Shown in pieces: positions 1 to 16,320 of a DNA stretch of 30,977 bases. Source of the DNA: Eledone cirrhosa (Eukaryota). Positions within the stretch are counted from its first letter, which is position 1. Each line of letters opens with the position of its first letter. The notes under the pieces were generated by a model. It was not told where the DNA came from and made no database searches. It saw only the letters and a program-made list of their open reading frames with translations. The translations under genes were made by a program, and so were the position numbers. The stretch is taken from assembly GCA_964016885.1 (NCBI GenBank), contig CAXHJY010001120.1:1-30977 (forward strand), given 5' to 3'.

Positions 1-1814
1 GCTTTGTTGGAGGTATCCGTCCTCACGTTGCACTGGTAGATCACATTACGGTCTCTGCATCTATTGTCGAGTGGGCAAATAGATCTATCCGGGCAGTTAC
101 ACCTCCTGGTCGGTTCTCCACTGCTATTTAGGTTATTTCTGCCATCGGGGTTGAGTTTTTTGTTGTTAGAGGAGACGATGTTTTGTGCGAAGTTTGGTGT
201 AGTGCTGTAAGAGAGTTTGATGGTATTTTTGTTAATTATGTTGTGGTAGCGGTGTTGTAATGGGAAGTGTTTTTCAATGAGCCTAAAGAATAGTTTCCCG
301 ATGGGAGTAGTCACCTCTGCGTTGTGGGGAGGATTGAACCATGTTACATTGCGTGAGCGGCGGTGTCTCCTGCTGGTTCCGCTAATGGGATCTGGACAGT
401 AGGATATTTCCTCCCGGAAACCACTCCGCTTGAGGGCCTGGTTGTAATAAGGCGCATGTTCATCGAATATCCGCTCATTAGCTGACAAACGGGATATGCG
501 GAGGGAGATGTTTTTGACCAGGTTGTTTGTGATGTTCCTAGGATGGTTTGATCGGCGGTGGATGTAGTGCAGATTGTCATTAGGTTTCCTGTATGGGTAG
601 TACAGGTCGTTTTCGAGGTCGAGGGTTACGTCCAGGAAGTTTACTCGGGTCAGGGACGTTTGTAGGGTTATTTTAAATCCCCAGTCGCGGAAGAATCTGA
701 TTAATTGTTTCCGGACCCGATCTGTACTACTGGGGTTGTACCCTTTAAGGGTAAGGAGCCCATCATCACGGTACAATCCACCACCGAATGCAGGAAACAT
801 ATCAGTGAGTTTGGCTATTAGGAATAATCCTATAAGATCAGTGACCTCCGCCGAATCCGTGGCGCCCATGCTGACGTCGAAGGGTGAGTCGGGAGCTCTT
901 TTTATCCATTTAGAGTCGTCAAAGAGTAAGACTGTCTTCCTGGCGTGGAGGATGATTTTTCTTTCCTGGTCGGTGATGGGCACGAGTGTTTCGGCGAAGT
1001 CCAAGGCGGCAGTAAGTAGCGGTAAGGTGATTGAAGCATAGTAGCTCTCTATGTCGAACTGTATGAATTTAGTTTCTCGTTTATCCTCCATATTGCTGAA
1101 CCAGGAGATTACTTCCTGGGTGTTGATCCATAGGCTAAGTCGGGTGTGTTGCTTGACTTTTGGTATCACGCGGTCTAGGATTTTTTTGCTGATTCTCCCT
1201 ATGTCGGACTTCGTTGGGTTAATAAGCCTGATGGAGGGTTTACGGTCAAAATCGGATTTATGGTCCTTCAGTGTGAAGTATGGTGTCCGTGGGTCTAGAG
1301 GTTCCGTGCGGTCGGCGACCCCGAGGCTGGAGGTGATTTGTTGTCCATCTCGATTTATGTCCTCGATGCAAGAGTGGTTGGCCTTTTTATAGGTGGAGTT
1401 TAGGCTGCTCCTGATCAGTGTGTGGTATCTGTCAGGGTTGACAAAGTATAGGTTCCCAGTTTTATCCGAATGCACCATGATGTCATTTGTGTTATCATAC
1501 TCTGTTAAGTTGCTACGGAGTTTTTGTAGGAATCGGTTGTGTCTGGGTTTAAATTTAATGTTCTTGACCAGTTGGAAGAGGTCATTCTCGAAGGGTGCGA
1601 GCAAGGGGTTCAGGGGCGGAGATTTGTAGGTAATAAATCCGAATCTCTCCTTGGTGCCGAAGTCTTGGTTGTCGCAATATCTGTCATAGAAAAAAGTTCT
1701 CCATCTAAGTCTTTTCGCAAATAGATCAATTTTTTGCGTGAGCATCCGAAGGTAAAGTTTTTTCGGTGGGATTGGGATGTTCTTGGTAGAGAAGTCAATG
1801 TTGTGTTTTCGCAT
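1..1814 (-). CDS. Penelope-like element RT + start of GIY-YIG endonuclease (Naiad-like), 3' end outside the window
   Basis: Manual translation of segments in one minus frame from ATG 1814: MRKHNIDFSTKNIPIP..KRLRWRTFF, HSDKTGNLY (DKT 1458-1466), FIQFDIESYY, FDVSMGATDSAEV, GLYRDDGL (~760-779), NVTWFNPP, CNCPDRSICPLDNRC..VIYQCNV. It is absent from the ORF track, which is consistent with there being no stop before the window edge. Confidence 0.93.
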   Translation of the reverse strand, partial: MRKHNIDFSTKNIPIPPKKLYLRMLTQKIDLFAKRLRWRTFFYDRYCDNQDFGTKERFGFITYKSPPLNPLLAPFENDLFQLVKNIKFKPRHNRFLQKLRSNLTEYDNTNDIMVHSDKTGNLYFVNPDRYHTLIRSSLNSTYKKANHSCIEDINRDGQQITSSLGVADRTEPLDPRTPYFTLKDHKSDFDRKPSIRLINPTKSDIGRISKKILDRVIPKVKQHTRLSLWINTQEVISWFSNMEDKRETKFIQFDIESYYASITLPLLTAALDFAETLVPITDQERKIILHARKTVLLFDDSKWIKRAPDSPFDVSMGATDSAEVTDLIGLFLIAKLTDMFPAFGGGLYRDDGLLTLKGYNPSSTDRVRKQLIRFFRDWGFKITLQTSLTRVNFLDVTLDLENDLYYPYRKPNDNLHYIHRRSNHPRNITNNLVKNISLRISRLSANERIFDEHAPYYNQALKRSGFREEISYCPDPISGTSRRHRRSRNVTWFNPPHNAEVTTPIGKLFFRLIEKHFPLQHRYHNIINKNTIKLSYSTTPNFAQNIVSSNNKKLNPDGRNNLNSSGEPTRRCNCPDRSICPLDNRCRDRNVIYQCNVRTDTSNK

Positions 1815-1999
1815 GGTGCGGGTGAAATGAATTGAGCTTAGCGGAAAAGTCTGGATACGGCGTGGTAGGGTCGGAAAGTGCTCTACTACGGGAGTAGGAG
1901 CTAGATAACGAAGGAAATGTGGTAAGGAACCAGGTGGACCATAACGCACCAAAGTACTCAATACTTGAGGTAGTAGAGTGGGTAATAGGAACCAGTAAG

Positions 2000-2093
2000 A
2001 CCCCGACAGCTGAGCTCAAGCCGTTTCGACGGCTAATTCTGGACTAAATGAACATTTATCCTGGTATTTAAATAGCCGATCTTCTCAAGGGGT
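2000..2093 (-). ncRNA. Type I hammerhead ribozyme, U3:A8 core variant (family A)
   Basis: Minus strand: ACCCC-UUGAGAA-GAUCGGCUA...UAGCCGUC-GAAA-CGGC(UUGAGCUCA)GCUG-UC-GGGGU. Stems I, II and III all pair, the triplet is GUC and loop III is palindromic. Confidence 0.8.
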
Positions 2094-2984
2094 AATTCCA
2101 TATATGGTCAAAGTGATTGTCAAAAATCAGTAGTAATTCTGTGGTTGCAAATTAGTAGGGGAGATGGTGGCTAAACCTGCCAGTAGGAGAAAGAGGGGAG
2201 GGGGTGGAGTAGACCCAATCAAGCGTTGGTAGTGCCAGCTACAGCTGGGCATGAGGTCAAAGAAGATACAGGGGAGGGGGAGGGGGAGGAAGTCGGAACG
2301 GTAGGTAGAACAATGGGGGGTAAAAATAGGAAAGAAAAAATACTGAGAGTGAAGAAAAGCAAATAAGTGTAAAGAAAAAATTAAATTCTACGACCTAGGT
2401 GTCAGGCTATTGTTAGGCGAGAATAAAATAAAGAAAGAAAGAAAGAAGTAAATAAATAAATAAATAAATAAATAAGGAAATAAGTAAAAGAACTAGGTGG
2501 GACGAATTAAGCAAGGACCCTTTTAAGAGGTATAAGTACGTAAATGATACGGTGACTGGTCAACAAAAGGGGCCAAAATACTAAAGAGACTACCACGAAA
2601 TAAACAATAAAGGTTTCCATCCCGGGCCAGCAACGACCCAGTGCAGCAAAGTGAACTTGTACGACATAATAATTCTGAGTCCCGGGAAAAATATATACTA
2701 ATGCTAACTCTAAAAGATCTAAAACAAGCTACATGAGAGTTCGTACGAAATAAAGGTAGAATACGGAGAAATAAGTTCAGAATCCACCCCGCCCAGAAGA
2801 AAAGCGAAGCAAGAAATACTGAAACGAAAAAATAAGGCATAAGTGCCACTAAGAAATATAGAGGGCACAGAGAATAGTGGGAGCGGTCGGAAAAGGGGGG
2901 CAAGTATCCGGGGTCTAAGCCAACTGCTATAAAGGGCGGAGTCCGCCAAATCTATCAAAGACTAGGGGAGGGGGGAGTGGGGGT

Positions 2985-5860
<2,876 letters not shown>

Positions 5861-6868
5861 ATTTTTTTTTTTTTCTGTAACATCATATTTTTTCTGTAAC
5901 ATCATAATTTTTCCTTGTACCATTATAGTTTTTTTTAGTATTATATGATTTATATTTCCTCATTTATTATGTAACCCAGTATGAATCATTTTGTATATAT
6001 TGTTTATGGTACTTGTTAATATAATGTTAACATTTTATCATTGTATTTCATTGTGACATCTATTTTTGTTTCTGTAAATTAACCGGGGATTATCTATTCT
6101 ACTTTATTATATTGTATTGAATTATATAATTTTGTTGTTTATTATTTGTTATAAGTTTTTCTTGTAATTATATCATATTATTGCCTCATGTATATTGGGT
6201 AGATGTATTAGTATTATTTTCACTATTACCATGCTTATTTTTAATATTCAAACTTCTAATAGGGCTTAATTTCTGTGTAATAGAACATAGATATGTGTAT
6301 TGTTATATGTGTGTGTGTGTGTGTGTGTGTGCGTGTGTGTGCGCACATATATACATGTATATTTTGTACCTTTTGATTTTTAATTTGGAATTTTAATGTT
6401 GGTATAAATATATTATTATTATAATGTATTATATTGTGTTATATATAATTCCTGCTCTATATAACCAAATTTGTTTAGATTTAGGTTGGTGGCTTTGGAC
6501 TATATTTGTAGGATGGTTCTTAATGTTATCTACATCCTTAGTTATTATAATTTTATTATTTTTATCTTTATTTTCATTTTTATTATCGTATATCTTTGCA
6601 AGACATTAGTGTATGTACACTCCAAATTCTTCAGAGTTTCTGGCTTGTATCTGCCGATATTACCTCTTGTTGTTTTGATTGCCCTGATGAGTCCTTAATA
6701 GGACGAAACATTGTCGGCTAATAAAAACTTTTGATGTATTAAAGGATTCTTTGTTTTGCTCTGTTAATTTTTTGGCTCTGTTTAACTGCATTGAGCTATA
6801 CCTTTTACTGTCATTTCTATAATACGAAGAGGGTGTTTAACTCAAACACGCTCCAGTATTCTAATCCT

Positions 6869-6870
<2 letters not shown>
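5861..6870 (+). mobile_element. Non-coding HHR-bearing element (family B; PLE 3' end/pLTR remnant or retrozyme-like)
   Basis: An AT/T-rich island between two (TA)n tracts. It has a minimal HHR ~150 nt from the right end followed by AATAAA, and a short tandem duplication (TTTTTTCTGTAACATCATA x2) at the left junction. Confidence 0.6.
6681..6718 (+). ncRNA. Minimal type I hammerhead ribozyme (family B)
   Basis: GCC-CUGAUGA-GUCCU(UAAU)AGGAC-GAAA-C(AUU)G-UC-GGC: perfect core, minimal stem III and GUC triplet. Confidence 0.9.
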
Positions 6871-8150
<1,280 letters not shown>

Positions 8151-8208
8151 AATATTAAACAAATAATGAATAAACAATGAGACAGTTCCTTATATTAAAC
8201 AAAAAAAG

Positions 8209-8359
8209 TTCATTATTTAACGATCGTTTCTAGGATATATATGTGTTAGAATTGGCATGCATATTCAACAGATCTATGTACAAAATTATACAAAATTATA
8301 CAAACTATCAAGATTAAATATACATACCAACACATATATACGCCGTCTTCAGAAATAAT
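8209..8359 (-). ncRNA. HHR-like motif, family C (5' strand of stem I clipped at the fold)
   Basis: AUUAUUU-CUGAAGA-long stem II-GAAA-C(GAUC)G-UU-AAAUAAUGAA. Confidence 0.6.
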
Positions 8360-8360
8360 C

Positions 8361-8514
8361 TTCATTATTTCTGAAGTCGGCGTATATATGTGTTGGTATG
8401 TATATTTAATCTTGATAGTTTGTATAATTTTGTATAATTTTGTACATAGATCTGTTGAATATGCATGCCAATTCTAACACATATATATCCTAGAAACGAT
8501 CGTTAAATAATGAA
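8361..8514 (+). ncRNA. HHR-like motif, family C, with core mutation (CUGAAGU)
   Basis: Same motif as 20034-20187 but with A9 changed to U at 8377, so probably impaired. Confidence 0.55.
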
Positions 8515-8710
8515 CTTTTTTTGTTTAATATAAGGAACTGTCTCATTGTTTATTCATTATTTGTTTAATATTTTATCTTGACTCTGTATACCGTTTATCT
8601 TTCACCGAAAGTGATTTTTCATTACATCTCTTCTTTCCATGATATCCGGAATACATTGAGTTCTTCATACGGATTGGACACTACCGTAAACTCTTGGTAG
8701 ATTTATCTAC

Positions 8711-9027
<317 letters not shown>

Positions 9028-9085
9028 AAATATTAAACAAATAATGAATAAACAATGAGACAGTTCCTTATATTAAACAAAAAAG

Positions 9086-9239
9086 TTCATTATTTAACGA
9101 TCGTTTCTAGGATATATATGTGTTAGAATTGGCATGCATATTCAACAGATCTATGTACAAAATTATACAAAATTATACAAACTATCAAGATTAAATATAC
9201 ATACCAACACATATATACGCCGTCTTCAGAAATAATGAA
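9086..9239 (-). ncRNA. HHR-like motif with long stem II, family C
   Basis: Mirror copy of 20034-20187. Confidence 0.65.
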
Positions 9240-9887
9240 GTATATTTATTGATAATAACAACAATTCAAAATTTCAGGTCCGTTTGGGAACAAAATTGAC
9301 CAATGAAAACACAAAGGGTTAAATGCAGTTCGGTGTGTGTATATACATGTAAAACCCTTACACATATTTACAAAAATGTATGTATAATTTGTATACGCAT
9401 ACTAAAAGGATGGATGCAAATACAAAATTTCAAGGTTAATGTCTCTGTAAGTTTATAATGCACAGATAAGATGCGTATTGACACACAAATATGAAATTAA
9501 GTATATAAATATATTTTTTCATACTCACACATATCCGTACAATCACACATACACGCGCGTATATGCATAAATATACACATAACCACGAACATACAAACAC
9601 ACACACACCCCCACTCACATTTATATATGTGGATATAAAATCATAAGCGCATGGATATTAATTCACTCACATAAACACTGGCACACACATTTAGATCAAG
9701 ATACAGAAATTAGGTGGGAGGGGGGGGAGAGGTCAGTATTCAACGGTCTGAGCAGACTGCCTAATATAGATGTATCTATAAACTAAGAAAATAAAAAATA
9801 ATAAATAATAAATAAATATTAAAGAGGAAAGAATAGAAAGAAAAAAGAAAAAAGAAAAAAGAAAAAAGAAAAAAGAAATATATCAAG

Positions 9888-9925
<38 letters not shown>

Positions 9926-10135
9926 CATACATATATATATATATATACACACATATATATATATACATATACATATATATACACATAGACACACACACAC
10001 ACATACATATATATACACACATATACAAACACATACATACATATACACACATCCACACTAAGAACATACATACACACACATATATAAACATATACATATA
10101 CACACATACATACATATACACATATACATACAAAT

Positions 10136-10196
<61 letters not shown>

Positions 10197-10540
10197 TATG
10201 TATATACACGTACATATACACACACATATACATATAATCACACATACTATATAGACACACATATATATAACCACACACATACATGCACATATACAACACT
10301 TACATACTAATATACATACAGATATACACATACATAGCTATATATACACACAAATATATACAGACTTACATATATACATACAGACAAATACTTACGCATC
10401 TATATATCGGTATATACATACAAACACCACTACACTATCACACAGCTTAGACATACAAAGAGAAAGGTATATACCTATACACACATACATATACAAATAG
10501 AAAAACATATAGATATATATATATATATATACACACACAC

Positions 10541-10581
<41 letters not shown>

Positions 10582-10803
10582 CATACATATACACATACAC
10601 ACACATACACATACACACACATACATACATGTACACACACATAGAAATATATACGCATACACACATACATATAAAGTCATACACACACATACACCTACAC
10701 GAACATACACATACACATATATAAAGATATATATACACACACACACACACACAACACATACACACACACATATATATAAAAAATAAATAATAAAGATATA
10801 TAC

Positions 10804-10862
<59 letters not shown>

Positions 10863-10865
<3 letters not shown>

Positions 10866-11476
10866 GGTGGCTGCCAACTCGTTTTCGAGTACGGCCACTA
10901 CTTTATATCCATGTAGGAGAACCCCTACTGATGCGCTGAACGAGTGTGACTTTTTAGTCCAGCCAGCGACTTGAAAGCTCTGGTACAAACACTACACTTG
11001 TGACAATTATTGACACATAGTGCTGGGCCCATGGTACCATGTGACGACAAATGCAGAGAGATCTCCAGATACAAAGCAATGCCTGTGCCGTGAAGCTTTT
11101 ATAGTGAGCAAAGGCACTGCACAAAGCCAGTCCCACTCTCTTAACCAAGATGATATTTACCAAAAAGAAGAACAAGTCAACATCATTGGATACCATCAGG
11201 GTTGCAGGTGTTATATCAGAGTTTTCCTTCTCCTAGAATTCTGCCTTGACAAAGGCTAAGGGGTCATCTCTCCCGGTGATTTTGGATGGCCATTGACTCT
11301 TAAGAGCTCCTTTGCCTTTTGACAGGTTTTGTTTTTAGTCCTGCAGGATGTCCAAAGTCACCCTCCTCACCAAGAAACCTTGGTGGGGTTGCCAGTTTAG
11401 TCGCCAACGACCCGACCATGGGACAGGTTGTACTGGAATACATGTTACCAGTAGCACCAACTGGTGACCTGACCAT
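10863..11476 (-). mobile_element. ~610-bp complex-sequence insert, possibly derived from an RTE-type 5'UTR/SINE (mirror copy)
   Basis: A higher-GC island inside simple repeats and the mirror of ~17804-18417. The family assignment is from memory of the CTAGGAGAAGGAAAACTCTG motif only. Confidence 0.35.
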
Positions 11477-11824
11477 ATATACACATACATATATATATAC
11501 ACACACATACATACACACATACATAGACATACATGTACATACATACACATACATCGATATACATATATATATATACACACATAGACATATACATACATAC
11601 ACACACAACTTACATACACACATATATATACATGTATATTCATACATAGAATTAGATATATAATCATACATACATATGCACTTACTTATACTCATATATA
11701 CAAATACATACGCATCCATATATGCGTATATACATAGAAACACCACTACAACCTCACCTAACTCAGACATACAAATAAAAATAAAAAGGCATATGTATAT
11801 ACATATATACACGCATTAATAGAG

Positions 11825-11874
<50 letters not shown>

Positions 11875-12099
11875 ATTCATATATATATATAGATACCCAC
11901 ACACACATACCACCATAAATACACATACAAACACCCACATATACATATATATACACACGTATATATATATATATACACACACATAAAAAACAGACATGCA
12001 CATATATATATATTTTTTTACACTTATATATACACATATTATATACACATACACAACCTCACATATACACACATACACATAAGTTATATTATAATAATA

Positions 12100-12136
<37 letters not shown>

Positions 12137-12224
12137 CATATATATATATATATATATACATATAAACATATACATACATATATACACACATACGAATATA
12201 GACATATATTCACACATAGACACC

Positions 12225-12256
<32 letters not shown>

Positions 12257-12522
12257 TACATATACACAGACACATATACACACTCACATATATATGTGTG
12301 TGCACACACACATATATACACACATACACACATATACACATAAACACATATATGTGTATACATGCACACACACACACATATATCCACATAGATACGAAGA
12401 TAGACATATAAATAGAGAGACATACATATATATACAACACACATACACACACATACATACACACACATATACATATACATACATATATATATATATATAT
12501 ATTTTTATATATACATATATAC

Positions 12523-12553
<31 letters not shown>

Positions 12554-13894
12554 CATACACATACACATACACACATTCACATACACATACATATACACAT
12601 GCATATATACACATATATACATACATACACACACTCATATATACACACACAATCTTACATTCATATTTGCATGCGCATATATGTATTTTTATATTCAGAT
12701 ATAAATACCCAAACCTATATAGACACCTACCTACATATATATTCATACATACACGCTTACAAATACAGATGATAATAGTATGGGGGAAAGGGGGGGTTTG
12801 GAGAAGGGGATCATAGTAAATATATGTTTCAAGAAACATAGAATATTTTCCGTATCTTGATCCAATGTATGTTTTTACATAGTTTCAGTGTTAGGAAATA
12901 CAATAAACAAGAACTAAGGCAAAATCTATGCATCTCAAAATAAACAAGTATACCATTAATTATATGTTAACTAAACCAAAGATAGTTAACATATTGATTT
13001 CTAAGGTGTAAATTAGTTAGGTTTATAATATTTGAAGCAGAATTTTGAAGTTAAATAGTAGTAGAGTATTAATTATAGTATAACTAAATTAAAGTTAATA
13101 ACGTTATGGTATCAATATTAGGAAATGAATTTAGTAATAGGGAAAAAAACAAATAAAGTATTACATCGGTAGTAGAATATAAATTATAGGTTAACTAAAT
13201 TAAAAATTATATATTTATTTCTATAGTATATGTTAATTAGGTATATAATAAATAAAACAGATATTGTATTTTATCAATAGCAGAATATAATTATATGCAA
13301 ATAGAAATCAAAATTAATACATATACATATACATACACATACATATATACATATATATACACATATATATATATATACATATATACACATATACATACAC
13401 ACACACATACACATACACATATACATATACATATTTTTTTCAAAAAATTGCATAGAATATATTAACTAGGTATATATCCAAAACACATCCCATTCTATGA
13501 TTACATGACATTCTGCAATTCGTCTGTATAAGGATACTAATTTTAAGCAAATTAAATTAAATTTTTAGGTTGATTAAAATTAAAACCAAATTATAAATAT
13601 ATTTCTAAAATGTATATTAATTAGGTCTATAATACTAAAAATTATTTCTCTGTCATTGGATACACGATATTATTTTGTTATATTTTATCTGTAAAAGAAT
13701 TATAATAAAAGGTTTAAATAAATTAAAATTAATCTATAAATTAAATTACTAAGTATATATTAGTAATATTTAAAGGTTTTTCACAATTTATGATTACATA
13801 ATATTTTATATTCTCATCTGTAATAAAATTTTAATTAAATTAAATTTATAGGTTAACTAACATTTAAATTAAATTAATTTCTAAAATAATGTTA

Positions 13895-14324
13895 TTAATT
13901 AGGTTTATAATATTTAAATGTTTTTTTTAGTTTATGATTACACGATATAATTAATTCCTGTCGTTTATTTAATAAGATATCCTTAGACTTCATTATTTCA
14001 AATAGTTCTTGGGAACATAATCTACATTCATTTCTATTATTTTGATAAGGGGTGGCTCTTTTGAGCACACTCCAGGTCAAATCATATTCTATATTCTTAT
14101 TTTTAAAACTATTGATTTTTTCTGCTAGAGATGTTGTATTAGCCAGTGCGGCATTTTTAAAACTATGCTTGTGGGTATTAAACCTTGTCTTAAAATTGTT
14201 AGAGGTAGCTCCTATATATGAGCAAATAGAATCTTTAGTTTTAACATTACATTTATAGACTATGTTGTTAACAAGACAATTCCCTTTTAATGGGCAGTTT
14301 GCTTTGTTTCTACAGTTACATCCT
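13895..14324 (-). pseudogene. Inverted duplicate of the GIY-YIG domain C-terminal portion
   Basis: GCNCRNKANC...YKPN* is identical to the end of the 14414..15385 ORF. The N-terminal 12 aa of the track ORF come from the junction. Confidence 0.88.
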
Positions 14325-14410
14325 AATAATATACAACATAATATTACCAACAAACACATCCTAATAAGTTACATCCTAATAATATACAACATAATATTAC
14401 CAACAAACAC
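14314..14410 (+). repeat. 44-bp direct duplication spanning the inversion junction
   Basis: AGTTACATCCTAATAATATACAACATAATATTACCAACAAACAC at 14314-14357 and 14367-14410, separated by ATCCTAATA. Confidence 0.92.
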
Positions 14411-14413
14411 CAA

Positions 14414-15385
14414 ATGAAAAGTACACACCTAAATGCCACCCACACTATACCCCAAAATACCAAATCTTCTAATATAAAGTATAGTAACTCTCAAAAAACT
14501 ACTCATCATACAACTCTAATAAATATTAATAATAAAACTCCTAATAAAAAGGATAAAACACCTAAATCTACAAATATAACTAAAAATGGTTGTGGTGAGA
14601 TCATTAACATTAATCCTCCTAGTAAAAATCACGATACAACCTATAAAAATAATAAAAATAATAAACAACATAGAAACCGTAATAGACGGGTTACTTGGTA
14701 TAATGCTCCATTTAATTTACAAGTTAAGGATAATATTGCTAAAGAATTTTTTTATATCCTTGAGAAAAACTTCCCGCCAAACCACAAATACCATCAAATC
14801 TTAAATAGGTCTACAGTTAAATTCTCATACTCTACAACAAATAACATAAAACAAAATATAAGTGCCTATAATGCATATAAATGTAAGAAAACCATAAGTA
14901 TACCACCAGTACATCAAATTAACCATAATATCTCCTCAAATACAGAATTAACGAAAGGATGTAACTGTAGAAACAAAGCAAACTGCCCATTAAAAGGGAA
15001 TTGTCTTGTTAACAACATAGTCTATAAATGTAATGTTAAAACTAAAGATTCTATTTGCTCATATATAGGAGCTACCTCTAACAATTTTAAGACAAGGTTT
15101 AATACCCACAAGCATAGTTTTAAAAATGCCGCACTGGCTAATACAACATCTCTAGCAGAAAAAATCAATAGTTTTAAAAATAAGAATATAGAATATGATT
15201 TGACCTGGAGTGTGCTCAAAAGAGCCACCCCTTATCAAAATAATAGAAATGAATGTAGATTATGTTCCCAAGAACTATTTGAAATAATGAAGTCTAAGGA
15301 TATCTTATTAAATAAACGACAGGAATTAATTATATCGTGTAATCATAAACTAAAAAAAACATTTAAATATTATAAACCTAATTAA
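14414..15385 (+). CDS. PLE C-terminal region: N/K/T-rich linker + CxCx5C + GIY-YIG endonuclease (5'-truncated, no RT present)
   Basis: RRVTWYNAPF..HKYHQILNRSTVKFSYS..CNCRNKANCPLKGNC..IVYKC..YIGAT..FKTRFNTHKHSF..CRLCSQE..LLNKRQELIISCNH. It is collinear with the family A C-terminus. The frame stays open upstream of the ATG into the junction duplication. Confidence 0.88.
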   Translation: MKSTHLNATHTIPQNTKSSNIKYSNSQKTTHHTTLININNKTPNKKDKTPKSTNITKNGCGEIININPPSKNHDTTYKNNKNNKQHRNRNRRVTWYNAPFNLQVKDNIAKEFFYILEKNFPPNHKYHQILNRSTVKFSYSTTNNIKQNISAYNAYKCKKTISIPPVHQINHNISSNTELTKGCNCRNKANCPLKGNCLVNNIVYKCNVKTKDSICSYIGATSNNFKTRFNTHKHSFKNAALANTTSLAEKINSFKNKNIEYDLTWSVLKRATPYQNNRNECRLCSQELFEIMKSKDILLNKRQELIISCNHKLKKTFKYYKPN

Positions 15386-16320
15386 TAACATTATTTTAGA
15401 AATTAATTTAATTTAAATGTTAGTTAACCTATAAATTTAATTTAATTAAAATTTTATTACAGATGAGAATATAAAATATTATGTAATCATAAATTGTGAA
15501 AAACCTTTAAATATTACTAATATATACTTAGTAATTTAATTTATAGATTAATTTTAATTTATTTAAACCTTTTATTATAATTCTTTTACAGATAAAATAT
15601 AACAAAATAATATCGTGTATCCAATGACAGAGAAATAATTTTTAGTATTATAGACCTAATTAATATACATTTTAGAAATATATTTATAATTTGGTTTTAA
15701 TTTTAATCAACCTAAAATTTAATTTAATTTGCTTAAAATTAGTATCCTTATACAGACGAATTGCAGAATGTCATGTAATCATAGAATGGGATGTGTTTTG
15801 GATATATACCTAGTTAATATATTCTATGCAATTTTTTGAAAAAAATATGTATATGTATATGTGTATGTGTATGTGTGTGTGTATGTATATGTGTATATAT
15901 GTATATATATATATATGTGTATATATATGTATATATGTATGTGTATGTATATGTATATGTATTAATTTTGATTTCTATTTGCATATAATTATATTCTGCT
16001 ATTGATAAAATACAATATCTGTTTTATTTATTATATACCTAATTAACATATACTATAGAAATAAATATATAATTTTTAATTTAGTTAACCTATAATTTAT
16101 ATTCTACTACCGATGTAATACTTTATTTGTTTTTTCCCTATTACTAAATTCATTTCCTAATATTGATACCATAACGTTATTAACTTTAATTTAGTTATAC
16201 TATAATTAATACTCTACTACTATTTAACTTCAAAATTCTGCTTCAAATATTATAAACCTAACTAATTTACACCTTAGAAATCAATATGTTAACTATCTTT
16301 GGTTTAGTTAACATATAATT
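15369..16320 (+). repeat. Degenerate AT-rich dispersed/tandem repeat in the 3' region (4-5 copies)
   Basis: ATTATANACCTAA(T/C)TAA at ~15369, 15648, 16030 and 16250, each followed ~51-55 bp later by a TTAGTTAACCTATAA-like motif. Mirrored at ~12960-13911. Confidence 0.6.

Larger units (their letters stand above)
1..2984 (-). mobile_element. PLE family A: ORF plus upstream non-coding (pseudo-LTR-like) region with HHR
   Basis: The RT-EN ORF is preceded by an HHR ~190 nt upstream of the ATG and ~0.9 kb of further non-coding sequence that ends at the (TA)n tract. The 5' boundary is inferred from the start of the microsatellite. Confidence 0.8.

Noticed and set aside
344-2019. Short ORFs overlapping the family A region
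   Set aside because: They are antisense or alternative-frame shadows of the PLE RT ORF.
14414-15385. Selenocysteine-containing Naiad endonuclease
   Set aside because: There is no in-frame TGA and the cysteines use ordinary codons. The family A EN is mostly outside the window and cannot be judged.
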